Shown: positions 21,850 to 32,261, numbered from the stretch's first letter. The stretch: 64,000 bases of DNA from Arcobacteraceae bacterium (GCA_963662945.1 OY759974.1:1600001-1664000), one strand, 5' to 3'. Translations and numbers: made by a program. Notes: a model not told the origin generated them from the letters alone.

Positions 21850-23196
21850 CTATCTTTCATGTAATGATCCTTCTTTTATTTTTATTATTGGTTTTAAAAA
21901 GTAATCCATGATTGTTTTTTTGCCAGTTATAATATCTACACTGGCTACCATTCCTGGAATAATTGGAAGTTTCTCACCATTTCTTTCAAGATAATTTTTA
22001 TCTGTTTTTATGGTAACTTGGTAATAACTTTTATCATCTTTACTATCTTTATCTTTTATACTATCAGCAGATATTTCAATAATTTTCCCTTCTAATCCAC
22101 CATAAATTGAAAAATCATAAGCTGTTATTTTAACTAATGCTTTTTGTGCAGGTGAAATAAAGGCAATATCTTTTGGATCTATTTTTGCTTCTACTAATAA
22201 TATATCACTATCAGGTACGATTTCTATTAAGTCAACTCCTGATTTTACAACACCACCAATAGTATTGATATTTATTTGTTTAATAATTCCATTTACAGGA
22301 GAACGTATAATTGTTTTTTCTAATTTATCTGTTTCAGATATTAATCTTGCATCGATTTTATTTAATTCAGAGGTTACTTCTTGTAATTCTTTATAACTAT
22401 TAGATTTAAAACCTTTTACTTTTTCAAGAATTTTATTTTCAGCTTCAGAGATAGCAAGTTTTGATCTAGGAAGAGAAAGAAGTGCAGAATTTAAATCTCC
22501 ATCCAATGTGTTATATTCTTTTTGTAGATTTAAAAGTTCTATTTTTGACTTTGAACCTGATTTTACCATTCGTTCTATAGTTTGTAATTGTTGTAAAACA
22601 AGGGTTACACTTTTTTTTAGCTGTTCTATTTTCGATTCAATCTCTTTTTTTTCTTGAACTTTTTGTTCAAATTGTAATTCTAAAATTCGTAAAGAACTTT
22701 TATACTCATCTATATTGTTATTATAAATTTGGATTTCAATATTTGTATATTTTTTAAGATTTTTTACTTCTGTAGGAAAGTTAATTTCTCCTTTTGGTTT
22801 TGAGGGATTATATTGTAGTTGTGCATCTAATCTAGCTTTTTTCGCTAATAATGCAATATTTTGTTCTTTTGCTTCTTCCAAAGAAGCTTGAAATCTTGTT
22901 GTATCTATTTTCATTAAAGCTTGATCTTTAACTACATGTTCACCACTTTTTACAAGTATTTCTGACACTAAACCACCATCTAAGTTTTGAACTTTTTGAA
23001 TTTTATTTGAAGGGATAACTTTACCATCACCTCTTGCCATTTCATCAATTTGTGCTATCATAGCCCAAATAATGAGTCCAAGTACTATAGTAATTACACT
23101 TGCAAATAAAAAATCTATTTTAAATTTTGGTTTATCATATGCATGACCATATAAAGAGTTTACAAAACTTATATCATCTTCATTAATTTTAGTCAT
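21850..23196 (-). CDS. T1SS HlyD-family membrane fusion protein (LapC-like)
   Basis: GDGKVIP...VQNLDGG, IRSPVNG, AYDFSIYGGLEG and IIPGMVASVDIITG motifs; start moved to ATG 23196 (SD AAAGGTG). Confidence 0.95.
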   Translation of the reverse strand: MTKINEDDISFVNSLYGHAYDKPKFKIDFLFASVITIVLGLIIWAMIAQIDEMARGDGKVIPSNKIQKVQNLDGGLVSEILVKSGEHVVKDQALMKIDTTRFQASLEEAKEQNIALLAKKARLDAQLQYNPSKPKGEINFPTEVKNLKKYTNIEIQIYNNNIDEYKSSLRILELQFEQKVQEKKEIESKIEQLKKSVTLVLQQLQTIERMVKSGSKSKIELLNLQKEYNTLDGDLNSALLSLPRSKLAISEAENKILEKVKGFKSNSYKELQEVTSELNKIDARLISETDKLEKTIIRSPVNGIIKQININTIGGVVKSGVDLIEIVPDSDILLVEAKIDPKDIAFISPAQKALVKITAYDFSIYGGLEGKIIEISADSIKDKDSKDDKSYYQVTIKTDKNYLERNGEKLPIIPGMVASVDIITGKKTIMDYFLKPIIKIKEGSLHER

Positions 23197-25327
23197 TTTT
23201 TTCACCTTTTGATTGTAAAACTTTATCTTTAGGTCCATCAGCTACTATTTTTCCATGATCAAGCACAATAATTCTATCGACAAGTGGTAAAATAGACATT
23301 TTATGAGTTATGATAATAACTGTTTTATCTTGAATAAGCGCATGGATTCTTTTAATAAAATCATTTTCTGTTTGTTTATCCATAGAATTAGTAGGTTCAT
23401 CAAATATCATAATATTGGGATTTGTAATGATTGCACGAGCAAGTGTTACAGCTTGTCTTTCCCCTCCACTTAATCCTTCTCCTCTTTCTCCTACAAGTAA
23501 ATCATAACCAGCTTCATGTTTTCCTAAAAACTCATGCACACCTGCTGCAATCGAAGCTTCAAGAACTTCTTCATCCGTTGCATATTGTTCACCTATGGTA
23601 ATATTGTCTTTTATACTTCCCATAAATAAAAAAGGTTCTTGTGGTACACAGCCTATAGATTGTCTTAAATCAACAGGATCAATTTGTCTTATATCTGTTT
23701 GGTCTATAAGAATTGAACCATGAGTTGGACCATATAAATTCATTAGAAGTTTTGCTAAAGTTGATTTCCCAGACCCAATTCTCCCTAAAATAGCTACTTT
23801 TTCACCTTTTTTAATTGTTAGATTAATATTTTTTAAAGTCTCAAAATTTTGTCCTTTATATGCAAAAGTTACATCTTTAAATTCAATACTACCATTAAGA
23901 TTTGGACGGCTAATATAATTTTTATTATTATGTTCAACTTCCATCTTCATAAGCTCTTCAATGTTATTCATAGAAATAATAGTTTGATCATAACGTATAA
24001 TCATACCTACTATCTGTGAAATAGGAGCAACTACACGACCATTTAACATCATAGCTGCAATAATACCACCCATACTCATATCGCCTTCAAGTGATAAATA
24101 AACACCAGCAACAATAATAGCTATGTTTGATAGTTTTGAAATAAGTCCAGTTGTAAGTGTTGTAAATTGCGAAAGCATTTGTGATTTTTCACCATAATAA
24201 AGTGTTTGATTTAAAGATGCATCCCAATGGGTTTTCATTCTATTTTGAGCTCGAATACTTTTTATAATTTCTAAACCAGCAACGGTTTCATTTAAAGTAG
24301 TTTGTTTTAATTGCTCCTCTTTTGACGATTTTTCTACAACAGCTTTAATTCTATCTTTCATAATCCAAGAGAATGATAAAACTATTACAATTGTAGCAAC
24401 ACTAATCCAACCTAATAATCCTGCAAAGTAAAATATTACACCTATAAATAATAGCGTAAAAGGGATATCAACTAAAGTTGCAATTGTAGCACTTGTAAAA
24501 AAATCTCTAACACTTTGAAAAGATTGTAGTCTACTTACAAATTGTCCTGTAGAATTTGGTTTTTCACTAAGACGTATGTTTAACAACTGATCAAATATTT
24601 TATTACTCATAATTAAATCAGCTTTTTTACCAGCTTTTCCAAGATAGTAAGCTCTTAAAAGTGAAAAAATAAGATCAAAAATCATAATAAAAACTATTCC
24701 AAAAGTCATTGCTAGTAAAGTTTCTAAAGCATTATTTGGTAAAACTCGATCAAAAACATTTTTCATAAAAAGTGGCATTGCTAAAACAAAAAGATTTATA
24801 AATATAGCAGCAACAATCACTTTTTTATAAATTGGTAAATTTGATTTTAAAGCACCCCAAAACCAGTCTTTTGGTTTTGGAATTACAATTTCATTTGATA
24901 CTTTATTATCAAATTTATAAGTTGGTTTTATTATAATTACTTGTTGTTTGAACTCTTCTTCCAAGGACTCAAGTGACATTGTTGTTGCACCTTCACTAAG
25001 ACCTGGGATAATTACTGTTGCTTCATTTTTATTAAAGTCTATATTCAGTAATACACATGCTCGTTCTTTTTCAAGTATTAATACAGCAGGAAGCGCTAGT
25101 TTTGATATACCTCTAAGCTCTCTTTCAACAATTTTTGAAATAAGTCCTATTCTTTTTGATGAAATTAAAAAATCTTTAATAGACATTGATTTATTGTGGA
25201 TAGGCAGTCCTGCTACTAATGATTCTTTTGAAGTATTTCTTTGGTAATAAGTTGCGATAAAAGAAAGACACTCTAGTAGAGAATCTACTGTTCTTCTCTC
25301 TTTCATTACATCATTTTTAATACTCAT
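23189..25327 (-). CDS. T1SS ABC permease/ATPase with C39-like N-terminus (LapB/LssB-type)
   Basis: VFDRVLPN, GRIGSGKST, LSGGERQ and FDEPT motifs. Confidence 0.95.
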   Translation of the reverse strand: MSIKNDVMKERRTVDSLLECLSFIATYYQRNTSKESLVAGLPIHNKSMSIKDFLISSKRIGLISKIVERELRGISKLALPAVLILEKERACVLLNIDFNKNEATVIIPGLSEGATTMSLESLEEEFKQQVIIIKPTYKFDNKVSNEIVIPKPKDWFWGALKSNLPIYKKVIVAAIFINLFVLAMPLFMKNVFDRVLPNNALETLLAMTFGIVFIMIFDLIFSLLRAYYLGKAGKKADLIMSNKIFDQLLNIRLSEKPNSTGQFVSRLQSFQSVRDFFTSATIATLVDIPFTLLFIGVIFYFAGLLGWISVATIVIVLSFSWIMKDRIKAVVEKSSKEEQLKQTTLNETVAGLEIIKSIRAQNRMKTHWDASLNQTLYYGEKSQMLSQFTTLTTGLISKLSNIAIIVAGVYLSLEGDMSMGGIIAAMMLNGRVVAPISQIVGMIIRYDQTIISMNNIEELMKMEVEHNNKNYISRPNLNGSIEFKDVTFAYKGQNFETLKNINLTIKKGEKVAILGRIGSGKSTLAKLLMNLYGPTHGSILIDQTDIRQIDPVDLRQSIGCVPQEPFLFMGSIKDNITIGEQYATDEEVLEASIAAGVHEFLGKHEAGYDLLVGERGEGLSGGERQAVTLARAIITNPNIMIFDEPTNSMDKQTENDFIKRIHALIQDKTVIIITHKMSILPLVDRIIVLDHGKIVADGPKDKVLQSKGEKND

Positions 25328-25353
25328 ATCTTATCCAATTTATATATTTTTTT

Positions 25354-26916
25354 TTAATTTTCTTTATTGATATTTTTCATATCAATCTCATTAAGCTCTA
25401 GCGAAGAGTCTTTTATTTTTTCATCATTATACAAACTATCGAGTCTCGTATTTACGTCTATACTTTCAGTTTCATTAGAAGTTTCTTGATTTTGAGAATC
25501 TTCTTTTTTATCTGTCTTTTCATCAAACATATTAAGTAAATCTTCACTTAAAGCATCATTTGTAGATTCTATTTTTGGATTACTATCTCTTGCTACAAAT
25601 GTATATTTACTACAGCTTTGTTTTTCTTGCATTAATATAACATCACTTAACATTGACATATTAAATAATAAATTATAATATGCAGATATATAGTCAAATT
25701 CTTGTTGAATTTTATCTATATTTGATCTATAAAATTCAGATTCTGCATTTAAAATATCAATAAAAGTTCGAGTTCCATCTGCAAGTTGTTTTTTGTACAC
25801 TGTAAGTATATTAAAATTATCCTCAACATACATACTTATATTTTTAATTCTTTTTTGAAGATTATAAAATGTATTATATGCTTCTTTAATTTCATCTATA
25901 ACTTCATTGGTAATATTGTCAAGCTTTTTTTGTTCTTCTTGTAAGAATAGTTTTTCTTTTTGTGTTGCATAGTATGTCTTTCCACCATTAAAAAGATTCC
26001 AACTTAAATAAAGTCTTGCACTATGGATATCTTGTCTTCCGTTTTCCTCTAATTCTAAATCGTTATCAAATAAACTTTGAAATTGTAGTTTTAATGTAGG
26101 TTTATATCCTGCTTTTTCTTGAACAATTTTTTCTCTTTGTTCATTAGTTTTTTCAATTTGTTCTTGAACTTTATAACTTCTTCTGAGTCCAACTTTAATC
26201 GCTTCTTCTAAACTTGGTGGTAAAAAACTTTCATTTACATTTGGTCTACAAATATCTCCTTCCAAATCTTTGCCTGTAAGCTTTTTATATAAACTTAAAG
26301 CTTTCTTTTGCTCATTTTCTTGTTCTAAGAATCTATCTAAAACTGAATGGTATTTAGAGTTGACTTGGTGTGTTTCTAAGACTTCACCACTTATTTGCTC
26401 TTTTTCTTTTGCAATTGTTAAATAGTTTTCATGAATTTTTATATTATGCTGCGAGAGTGCTACTAATTCTTGTCTACTTGCTAAGTCAAGATATGCATTT
26501 ACAGTATCTAAAATAGTATTTTCTACAGTATATAAGCTTCTATATTTATTTGAATTATATTTATGTCGAAACTCTTGGGCTTCACTAGGGGTTCTTCCTC
26601 CATCATATAAAATATGCTCTAATTTGATGACAGCATTCCATCCATTTTTTTTAATCCAACCTTCTGCTGGTGGAGGAGTGTCTGGTCTATTTTCAGTTTT
26701 AGATTTTTCTAAATAAGCATCTAGATTTAGTGTAGGAAGATAATCAGCTTCTTCTTGATAAATATACATCTCATAAGCATTTCTATTTAAATGTTCTGCA
26801 ATAATTGAAGGATTATTATTTAGGGTGTCTTCGATACTATTTCGTAAGCTTGTTGCATTCATATTAAGAGAACAAACAATTCCAAACATGATATAATATT
26901 TTAATTTTTTCAACAT
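25354..26916 (-). CDS. TolC-family outer membrane protein (LapE-like) with acidic C-terminal tail
   Basis: Signal peptide, LNNNPSI, YLPTLNL, LYDGG, WNLFNGG and GTRTFIDILNAESE motifs; start moved to ATG 26916. Confidence 0.92.
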   Translation of the reverse strand: MLKKLKYYIMFGIVCSLNMNATSLRNSIEDTLNNNPSIIAEHLNRNAYEMYIYQEEADYLPTLNLDAYLEKSKTENRPDTPPPAEGWIKKNGWNAVIKLEHILYDGGRTPSEAQEFRHKYNSNKYRSLYTVENTILDTVNAYLDLASRQELVALSQHNIKIHENYLTIAKEKEQISGEVLETHQVNSKYHSVLDRFLEQENEQKKALSLYKKLTGKDLEGDICRPNVNESFLPPSLEEAIKVGLRRSYKVQEQIEKTNEQREKIVQEKAGYKPTLKLQFQSLFDNDLELEENGRQDIHSARLYLSWNLFNGGKTYYATQKEKLFLQEEQKKLDNITNEVIDEIKEAYNTFYNLQKRIKNISMYVEDNFNILTVYKKQLADGTRTFIDILNAESEFYRSNIDKIQQEFDYISAYYNLLFNMSMLSDVILMQEKQSCSKYTFVARDSNPKIESTNDALSEDLLNMFDEKTDKKEDSQNQETSNETESIDVNTRLDSLYNDEKIKDSSLELNEIDMKNINKEN

Positions 26917-26944
26917 GATTACCTTTATAAAAATATTTTCATAC

Positions 26945-26978
26945 ATTATATTCTAAAAAAGTTGCTAAAAGGTTCTAG
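26945..26978 (-). promoter_or_regulatory. Putative T1SS operon promoter with tandem AAC box
   Basis: Minus strand CTAGAAC-CTTT-TAGCAAC-N10-TATAAT. Confidence 0.5.
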
Positions 26979-27038
26979 TTTATAATTTTTTTTATGATTT
27001 ATTGATTTAATAAGTTATTTTTGGTTAAAATCATTTTT

Positions 27039-27719
27039 ATGATTAAAATAATTAAGAATCTTACTATCCTTTATGTGGAAGATGATAGTGTAACTAGGGA
27101 GTTTATTACCAAGTCATTACATCTTATGTGTGATAATGTCATTGCTACGGATACTATAGAAAAAGCAAAAATTATTTATAATAATCATGATATAAATATT
27201 TTAATTAGTGATATCAGTATTGGGAAGCATAGTGGCATAGAGTTTATTAAAGAAATACGAAAAAATAATAAACAAATTCCTATTATACTTTTATCTGCCC
27301 ATTCAGACAAAAATTTTTTATTTGAAGCAATTAAGTTAAACTTGATAGATTATTTGGTGAAACCAATTAATTATGAAACTCTTAAAAATTCGTTAAAATC
27401 ATCAGTGCAATATTTGATTGATAATGGATATTTAGAAGTAGAATTTATTAATGGAATAAAATATAGTTTACAACAAAAGGTGGCTTTTAAAAATAAAGAT
27501 ATTATACAATTTACAGCTACAGAATTAAAACTCTTGACTCTTTTTTTGAATAATAAAAATAATATTTTAAGTTCTGATGAAATTATTTATCATGTATGGG
27601 AAAATGATTTTGCTACAACAGGTGCTTTAAAAAGTTTAATTAATAAAGTAAGAAAAAAAATTGGAAAAGAGAGTATTAAAAATCATTCTAAACTTGGATA
27701 TCAATTAGTATTAAAATGA
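27039..27719 (+). CDS. OmpR/PhoB-family response regulator
   Basis: YVEDD, ISDI, LVKP receiver plus winged helix (LKSLINKVRKKIG...GY); ATG 27039. Confidence 0.92.
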   Translation: MIKIIKNLTILYVEDDSVTREFITKSLHLMCDNVIATDTIEKAKIIYNNHDINILISDISIGKHSGIEFIKEIRKNNKQIPIILLSAHSDKNFLFEAIKLNLIDYLVKPINYETLKNSLKSSVQYLIDNGYLEVEFINGIKYSLQQKVAFKNKDIIQFTATELKLLTLFLNNKNNILSSDEIIYHVWENDFATTGALKSLINKVRKKIGKESIKNHSKLGYQLVLK

Positions 27720-27728
27720 AGCTAATAA

Positions 27729-29927
27729 TTATCTACTAGCTCCGTAAAGTCCTATATCTTTTACAATTTTAAAATCATCATCATCTTTTACATTTTCTGC
27801 AAATACTTTAATAGTAAGGAGTGTTGAAAGTTCTTGCATTGCTTCTACAAAACCTTTTTTACTAGAATCTTTACAAATACCATCAGTATAATCTCTTGCA
27901 AGTCTTATATAATCTAAATTAAAATCTTTGATAGTATCAAGTGGGATGAATTTTGTTTCAAATCTTTTAATAATAATTTTTGCACCAGCACTATGAATAG
28001 ATTCGATAAAATATTTAAATTTTTCTATATCTTTAGCCGCACCATAAGCAGTTACACTAAAAACAAGTTGCGAAGCTATGTCACTATTTTCTAATATCAG
28101 AGTTTTAAGCCAATTTTTGAATTTTATATCAAAAACTGAGTCTAAAGCTAAGTTAATTGAAATACTATGTTGTACATTTAATTCTCTAATATGTTTGATA
28201 ACTTTTTTAACTACAGCTTTATCAAAATCTAATATTTTCTCATATTTTTCCGCAATTGAAATAAATGTTCCAATTGGTATAAGTTCATTATATTTATCTT
28301 TTGCTTGAGTAAAAGCTTCTTCCATTACAATAAGGTTTTGTTCTTTCATATCTAAACAAAATGCTTGTCCAATATAACTAATATCGAATTTTTGATTATC
28401 TATGATGTCAAAAACTAAATCTCTCCATTCATTCATATCTCTTGCAAGATCATTATCATCTCGAATAAAAGCTTCATTTTGTCCAATAAGTTTTGCTTTT
28501 TCATATGCTTCATAAGCACTAGCAATAATACCAGAAGTGGTACCAATAGGATTAAATGGAGTTCCTCCTATGTGTGCTATATCATTGATTCCAAACTCTA
28601 ACGCAAATTGTGTTAACTCTTTTTTGAGTTTTTCTATGATTGTTGTACATTCTTCAAGTTGTAAGTTTTTTGCAATCATTGCAAACTCTGAACCAAAAAA
28701 TCTGTATGCAGTTACATTTGGAGATAAGTTTTTTAAGATATTTGCAAAAGAGATTAAAAATTTATCCACTTCTTTATTTGTATGATTTTTTGCATAAGAA
28801 CCTAAGTCATCAATTCTAATGACGAAAATATATCCAGTCTCTTTAGATATAAACATTTTTTTCATATCAGTTTCAAATGTTTGTTTTAAACTCAAACCTG
28901 TTAAATCATCCAAAGAGAGTTTGTTTGTCATAGATTCTAAATTTGCATTAAGTTTTTTGATAACTCCTTCAATTTTGCCAGACATATCATTCATTGCTAT
29001 TGAAACATTTTTTAATTCTGTTGTCCAAGGTAAATGTTGAATAATTGTAAATTTTCCTTTAGAAATTGATTGTGCTAAACTTTCTATATTTTTTAGAGGC
29101 TTAAGAATAAATCTTAAAAATATAATAAGAAGAATCATAGAAAGAGTAAATGCTATAATTGCATAAAGAATAGCTCCTTTGGCCTGTTCATATAGTTTTG
29201 CGTAAGCATCACCAGCATTTGCACTTACATATATAATAGCTGTAGTATTCCAACCATCACTAATTTCACTTTTCATTTCAGACATTTTAAGAGGGATTAA
29301 ATCAATAAACCATTGTGGAATATAATCAAATTTTTCAGCTCTAGAAACTTGTACAAGAATTTTTGAGATATTTAGAGTTGCGGTGGCATCTACAGTTTTA
29401 CTACCTTTTGTAGCTTGAAATTGAATTTTTATATTATTCCCATCGATAAAATTTTGATTTGGTTGAAAACTATATGTTATTTTTTTATTTTCTTTTTGCT
29501 CTATATTTTCATTTTCTAAGAGTGCTAATTGGTTTGTAATATCATCATCACTACTATTTTTTTCAATTTTACCAATAGTACTATCAACATGAACATTAGA
29601 AATTTCCCAGTTTTGATTATCTTGAAGATTACTATTTGCAATTAAATCTTTATCTGTAAAATTTTGATTTATATTTTCTAATCTAATCTCTTTATAAAAA
29701 CCTCTATTAGCAATAGCATTCACAATTGATTTTATTTCTGGATTTTGTTTATTTGACATAAATGATTTAAGGCTCATACCTAAGCTCGTAGCAGTATCTT
29801 GAGCTTTTGTTGTTGATTCTATCTCTAAATACTCTTTTGTATTGTTGACACTTATTAAAAAGTTACCTGTAAAGATTATAAAAAATATGAAAGATATTAT
29901 TATATAGAGTTGTTTAGATAGTGACAT
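27729..29927 (-). CDS. lapD: LapD-like c-di-GMP receptor (periplasmic output, HAMP, degenerate GGDEF and EAL)
   Basis: KAQDTATSLG, PQWF and DGW periplasmic motifs, HAMP, GGDEF site read as FGSEF, EAL site read as EEAF; adjacent to lapG. Confidence 0.88.
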   Translation of the reverse strand: MSLSKQLYIIISFIFFIIFTGNFLISVNNTKEYLEIESTTKAQDTATSLGMSLKSFMSNKQNPEIKSIVNAIANRGFYKEIRLENINQNFTDKDLIANSNLQDNQNWEISNVHVDSTIGKIEKNSSDDDITNQLALLENENIEQKENKKITYSFQPNQNFIDGNNIKIQFQATKGSKTVDATATLNISKILVQVSRAEKFDYIPQWFIDLIPLKMSEMKSEISDGWNTTAIIYVSANAGDAYAKLYEQAKGAILYAIIAFTLSMILLIIFLRFILKPLKNIESLAQSISKGKFTIIQHLPWTTELKNVSIAMNDMSGKIEGVIKKLNANLESMTNKLSLDDLTGLSLKQTFETDMKKMFISKETGYIFVIRIDDLGSYAKNHTNKEVDKFLISFANILKNLSPNVTAYRFFGSEFAMIAKNLQLEECTTIIEKLKKELTQFALEFGINDIAHIGGTPFNPIGTTSGIIASAYEAYEKAKLIGQNEAFIRDDNDLARDMNEWRDLVFDIIDNQKFDISYIGQAFCLDMKEQNLIVMEEAFTQAKDKYNELIPIGTFISIAEKYEKILDFDKAVVKKVIKHIRELNVQHSISINLALDSVFDIKFKNWLKTLILENSDIASQLVFSVTAYGAAKDIEKFKYFIESIHSAGAKIIIKRFETKFIPLDTIKDFNLDYIRLARDYTDGICKDSSKKGFVEAMQELSTLLTIKVFAENVKDDDDFKIVKDIGLYGASR

Positions 29928-29960
29928 AATATGCTCCTAGTTGTAGTGTACTTGTAATCA

Positions 29961-30608
29961 TTATATTTTCTCCATTAAAGATTTCCAGTTTTTAAGATTA
30001 TTATCTCCAGCACGTTCTTCCGTTTTTCCTTTGTTTTGTGCTTTCCATAATCCAGCAGCATTAAAACTATAAATAGGTTTTAAATCTGTTCTCGCTGTTG
30101 CTAATTTTAATTTTTTATTGATATTATCTAATACAATGGGAGGTTTTCCCTCTTTATGATAATAGTTAAGTACCATATGCGCTTCTTCAAATTTGGTATT
30201 ACTTCTTTTAAGTGTAACATAAGTGATTTTTAATTTTTCATCAGGGATACCCAATGTTCTTAGTGCAAAATATTTAGCAATAGCATAATCTTCACAATCT
30301 CCCGCACCAGTCCCTAAAAATTCAAATGGAGAAGCCCAATAGTCATTTTGTTTCCAATGCACACTGTCTCGTTTGTAAGTAATTTTATTAAAAAAATCAT
30401 TGACTATTTTGAGTTTTTCTAATGTATTTTTATCTTTTGCACTTTGGAGCATTTGATCCCATAACAAAACTCTTTGTTTTGCTTTTGAACCATATTTTTT
30501 TTCTATTTTGATTAATTGTTCTATAGATACATATACAGGCATACTAGCAAGCAATATCGTAAAAAGTATTGAGAGAGAAAAAAGAGCGCTTGCAAAAATT
30601 TTAAACAT
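29961..30608 (-). CDS. lapG: LapG-like periplasmic transglutaminase-like cysteine protease
   Basis: Signal/TM, VNDFFN, DYWASP, GDCEDYAIAKY, HMVL and LDN (Cys-His-Asp triad). Confidence 0.93.
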   Translation of the reverse strand: MFKIFASALFSLSILFTILLASMPVYVSIEQLIKIEKKYGSKAKQRVLLWDQMLQSAKDKNTLEKLKIVNDFFNKITYKRDSVHWKQNDYWASPFEFLGTGAGDCEDYAIAKYFALRTLGIPDEKLKITYVTLKRSNTKFEEAHMVLNYYHKEGKPPIVLDNINKKLKLATARTDLKPIYSFNAAGLWKAQNKGKTEERAGDNNLKNWKSLMEKI

Positions 30609-30680
30609 ATATACTTCCTATAAATATCTTTCCATTGTAACGAAAAACTTTTAAAAATAAGATAATATTTTTTATGATTT

Positions 30681-30714
30681 TAACAACCTTTTTGAAACTA
30701 TTTTATTGTACAAT
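30681..30714 (+). promoter_or_regulatory. Putative promoter of second response regulator with tandem AAC box
   Basis: TAACAAC-CTTT-TTGAAAC-N10-TACAAT, then ATG 6 nt later. Confidence 0.5.
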
Positions 30715-30720
30715 TATTTT

Positions 30721-31425
30721 ATGAAGAATGAAAACTCAAGTTTAAAATTATTAAAAACAAAGTCGATACTGTATATAGAAGATGAAGATAATATACGAAA
30801 AGATTTAACAAAGACATTAGAATTAATGTGTCAAGAAGTTTTTTCATTTTCAAATGCGGAAGATGCTCTTATGTTTTTCCCCCACACTAGACCAGATATA
30901 ATATTAAGTGATATTAGTTTGGCAGATATGAATGGAATTGAATTTACTAAAAAAATCAGACAGGTAGATAAAAAAATTCCTATAATTCTTTTATCTGCTC
31001 ATACAGATACTCGTTATTTATTGGAAGCAGCAAAATTAAAACTTGTGGAATATCTCACAAAACCTATCACCTACCAAGAATTAGAAAATTCACTTTTTTT
31101 AGCATTGAAAGAGATGCAATCTTATGAAAAAAGATTTGTTCATTTAAGTGATACAATTAGATATGATACATTTCATAAAATTTTATATGAAAATAAAAAT
31201 ATAAAAAAACTTTCAGCAAGTGAAACAAATCTTTTGGATTTTTTTATTAAAAATCAAAATAGGACACTATATACACAAGAGATTAAAAATTATATCTGGG
31301 AAGATTCATATGATGCTACAGATACAGCATTAAAATCTCTTATGCATAAATTACGAAATAAAATAGGGAAAGACTCTATTAAAAATGTCTCAGGAATAGG
31401 GTATTATATAATTACGTTAGATTAA
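30721..31425 (+). CDS. OmpR/PhoB-family response regulator
   Basis: YIEDE, LSDISL.DMNG, LTKP, winged helix LKSLMHKLRNKIG...GIGY; paralog of the gene at 27039. Confidence 0.92.
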   Translation: MKNENSSLKLLKTKSILYIEDEDNIRKDLTKTLELMCQEVFSFSNAEDALMFFPHTRPDIILSDISLADMNGIEFTKKIRQVDKKIPIILLSAHTDTRYLLEAAKLKLVEYLTKPITYQELENSLFLALKEMQSYEKRFVHLSDTIRYDTFHKILYENKNIKKLSASETNLLDFFIKNQNRTLYTQEIKNYIWEDSYDATDTALKSLMHKLRNKIGKDSIKNVSGIGYYIITLD

Positions 31426-31427
31426 AA

Positions 31428-32222
31428 TTATAATATTGGAATAGTTATAAAAAACTTTGCTCCATTTTTTTCATTTGAAGCAGTAAGTGTTCCATTCATA
31501 TTATTTTCTACAATGAGTTTCGACATAAAAAGTCCAATTCCGCTACCATCTTTTTTTTCAAATGTCATAAAAGGTTTAAAAATATCATCCATATATTTTT
31601 CACTTATTCCACCACCATTATCTAAAATTTCAGTAATGCATTTACCATTTACTTCATAGACTTTTACCTCTATAAGACCATCTTGTATGTTTCTTTGGAT
31701 TAGTACATCTTTTGCATTGGAAATTATATTAATAAGAACTTGTGAGTATTCATTTTGATAACCATAAATTGTAGGATTGTTTTTGAGAATAATATTGATT
31801 TTAATATTTTTATTATCTAGTGTACTACTGAGTATATTAACTGTTCTTTTTATTTGTTCAGATATTTTAAATTTTGTTTTTTCTTTATTTGTTGCAAAAA
31901 AATTTCTAAAATCTTCAATAGTATTTGACATATATTTTAATATATGATTTGATCTATCAATCATCTCTAAAATTTCATCATTTGAAATATTTTCTTTGAT
32001 TCGAACTTTAGCTTCAGCACCTATTAAGATAGAAGACAGTTCCATTAAAGGTTGTCTCCATTGATGTGCAATATTTCCTATCATTTCACCCATCGCAGCC
32101 ATTTTGGATTGTTGCGTTAATATTTTATTATGTTGTTCATTTGTTTGTAAAACAGTATTTTTTAAATTTTTAAGTTCATCTTCTAAAGAAGCTATTTTCT
32201 CTAAGTATTGTTGTTCATTCAT
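31428..32222 (-). CDS. Small soluble histidine kinase without sensor domain
   Basis: About 40-aa coiled-coil N-terminus, then NIAHQWRQPL and the NAKD, DNGGG, GSGIGL boxes. Confidence 0.9.
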   Translation of the reverse strand: MNEQQYLEKIASLEDELKNLKNTVLQTNEQHNKILTQQSKMAAMGEMIGNIAHQWRQPLMELSSILIGAEAKVRIKENISNDEILEMIDRSNHILKYMSNTIEDFRNFFATNKEKTKFKISEQIKRTVNILSSTLDNKNIKINIILKNNPTIYGYQNEYSQVLINIISNAKDVLIQRNIQDGLIEVKVYEVNGKCITEILDNGGGISEKYMDDIFKPFMTFEKKDGSGIGLFMSKLIVENNMNGTLTASNEKNGAKFFITIPIL

Positions 32223-32232
32223 AGGTATATTA

Positions 32233-32261
32233 TAACAAGAGAGTTATAAACTCTCTTGTTA
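32233..32261 (-). terminator. Hairpin at the adhesin stop codon
   Basis: TAACAAGAGAGTT-ATA-AACTCTCTTGTTA, 13-bp perfect stem. Confidence 0.6.
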
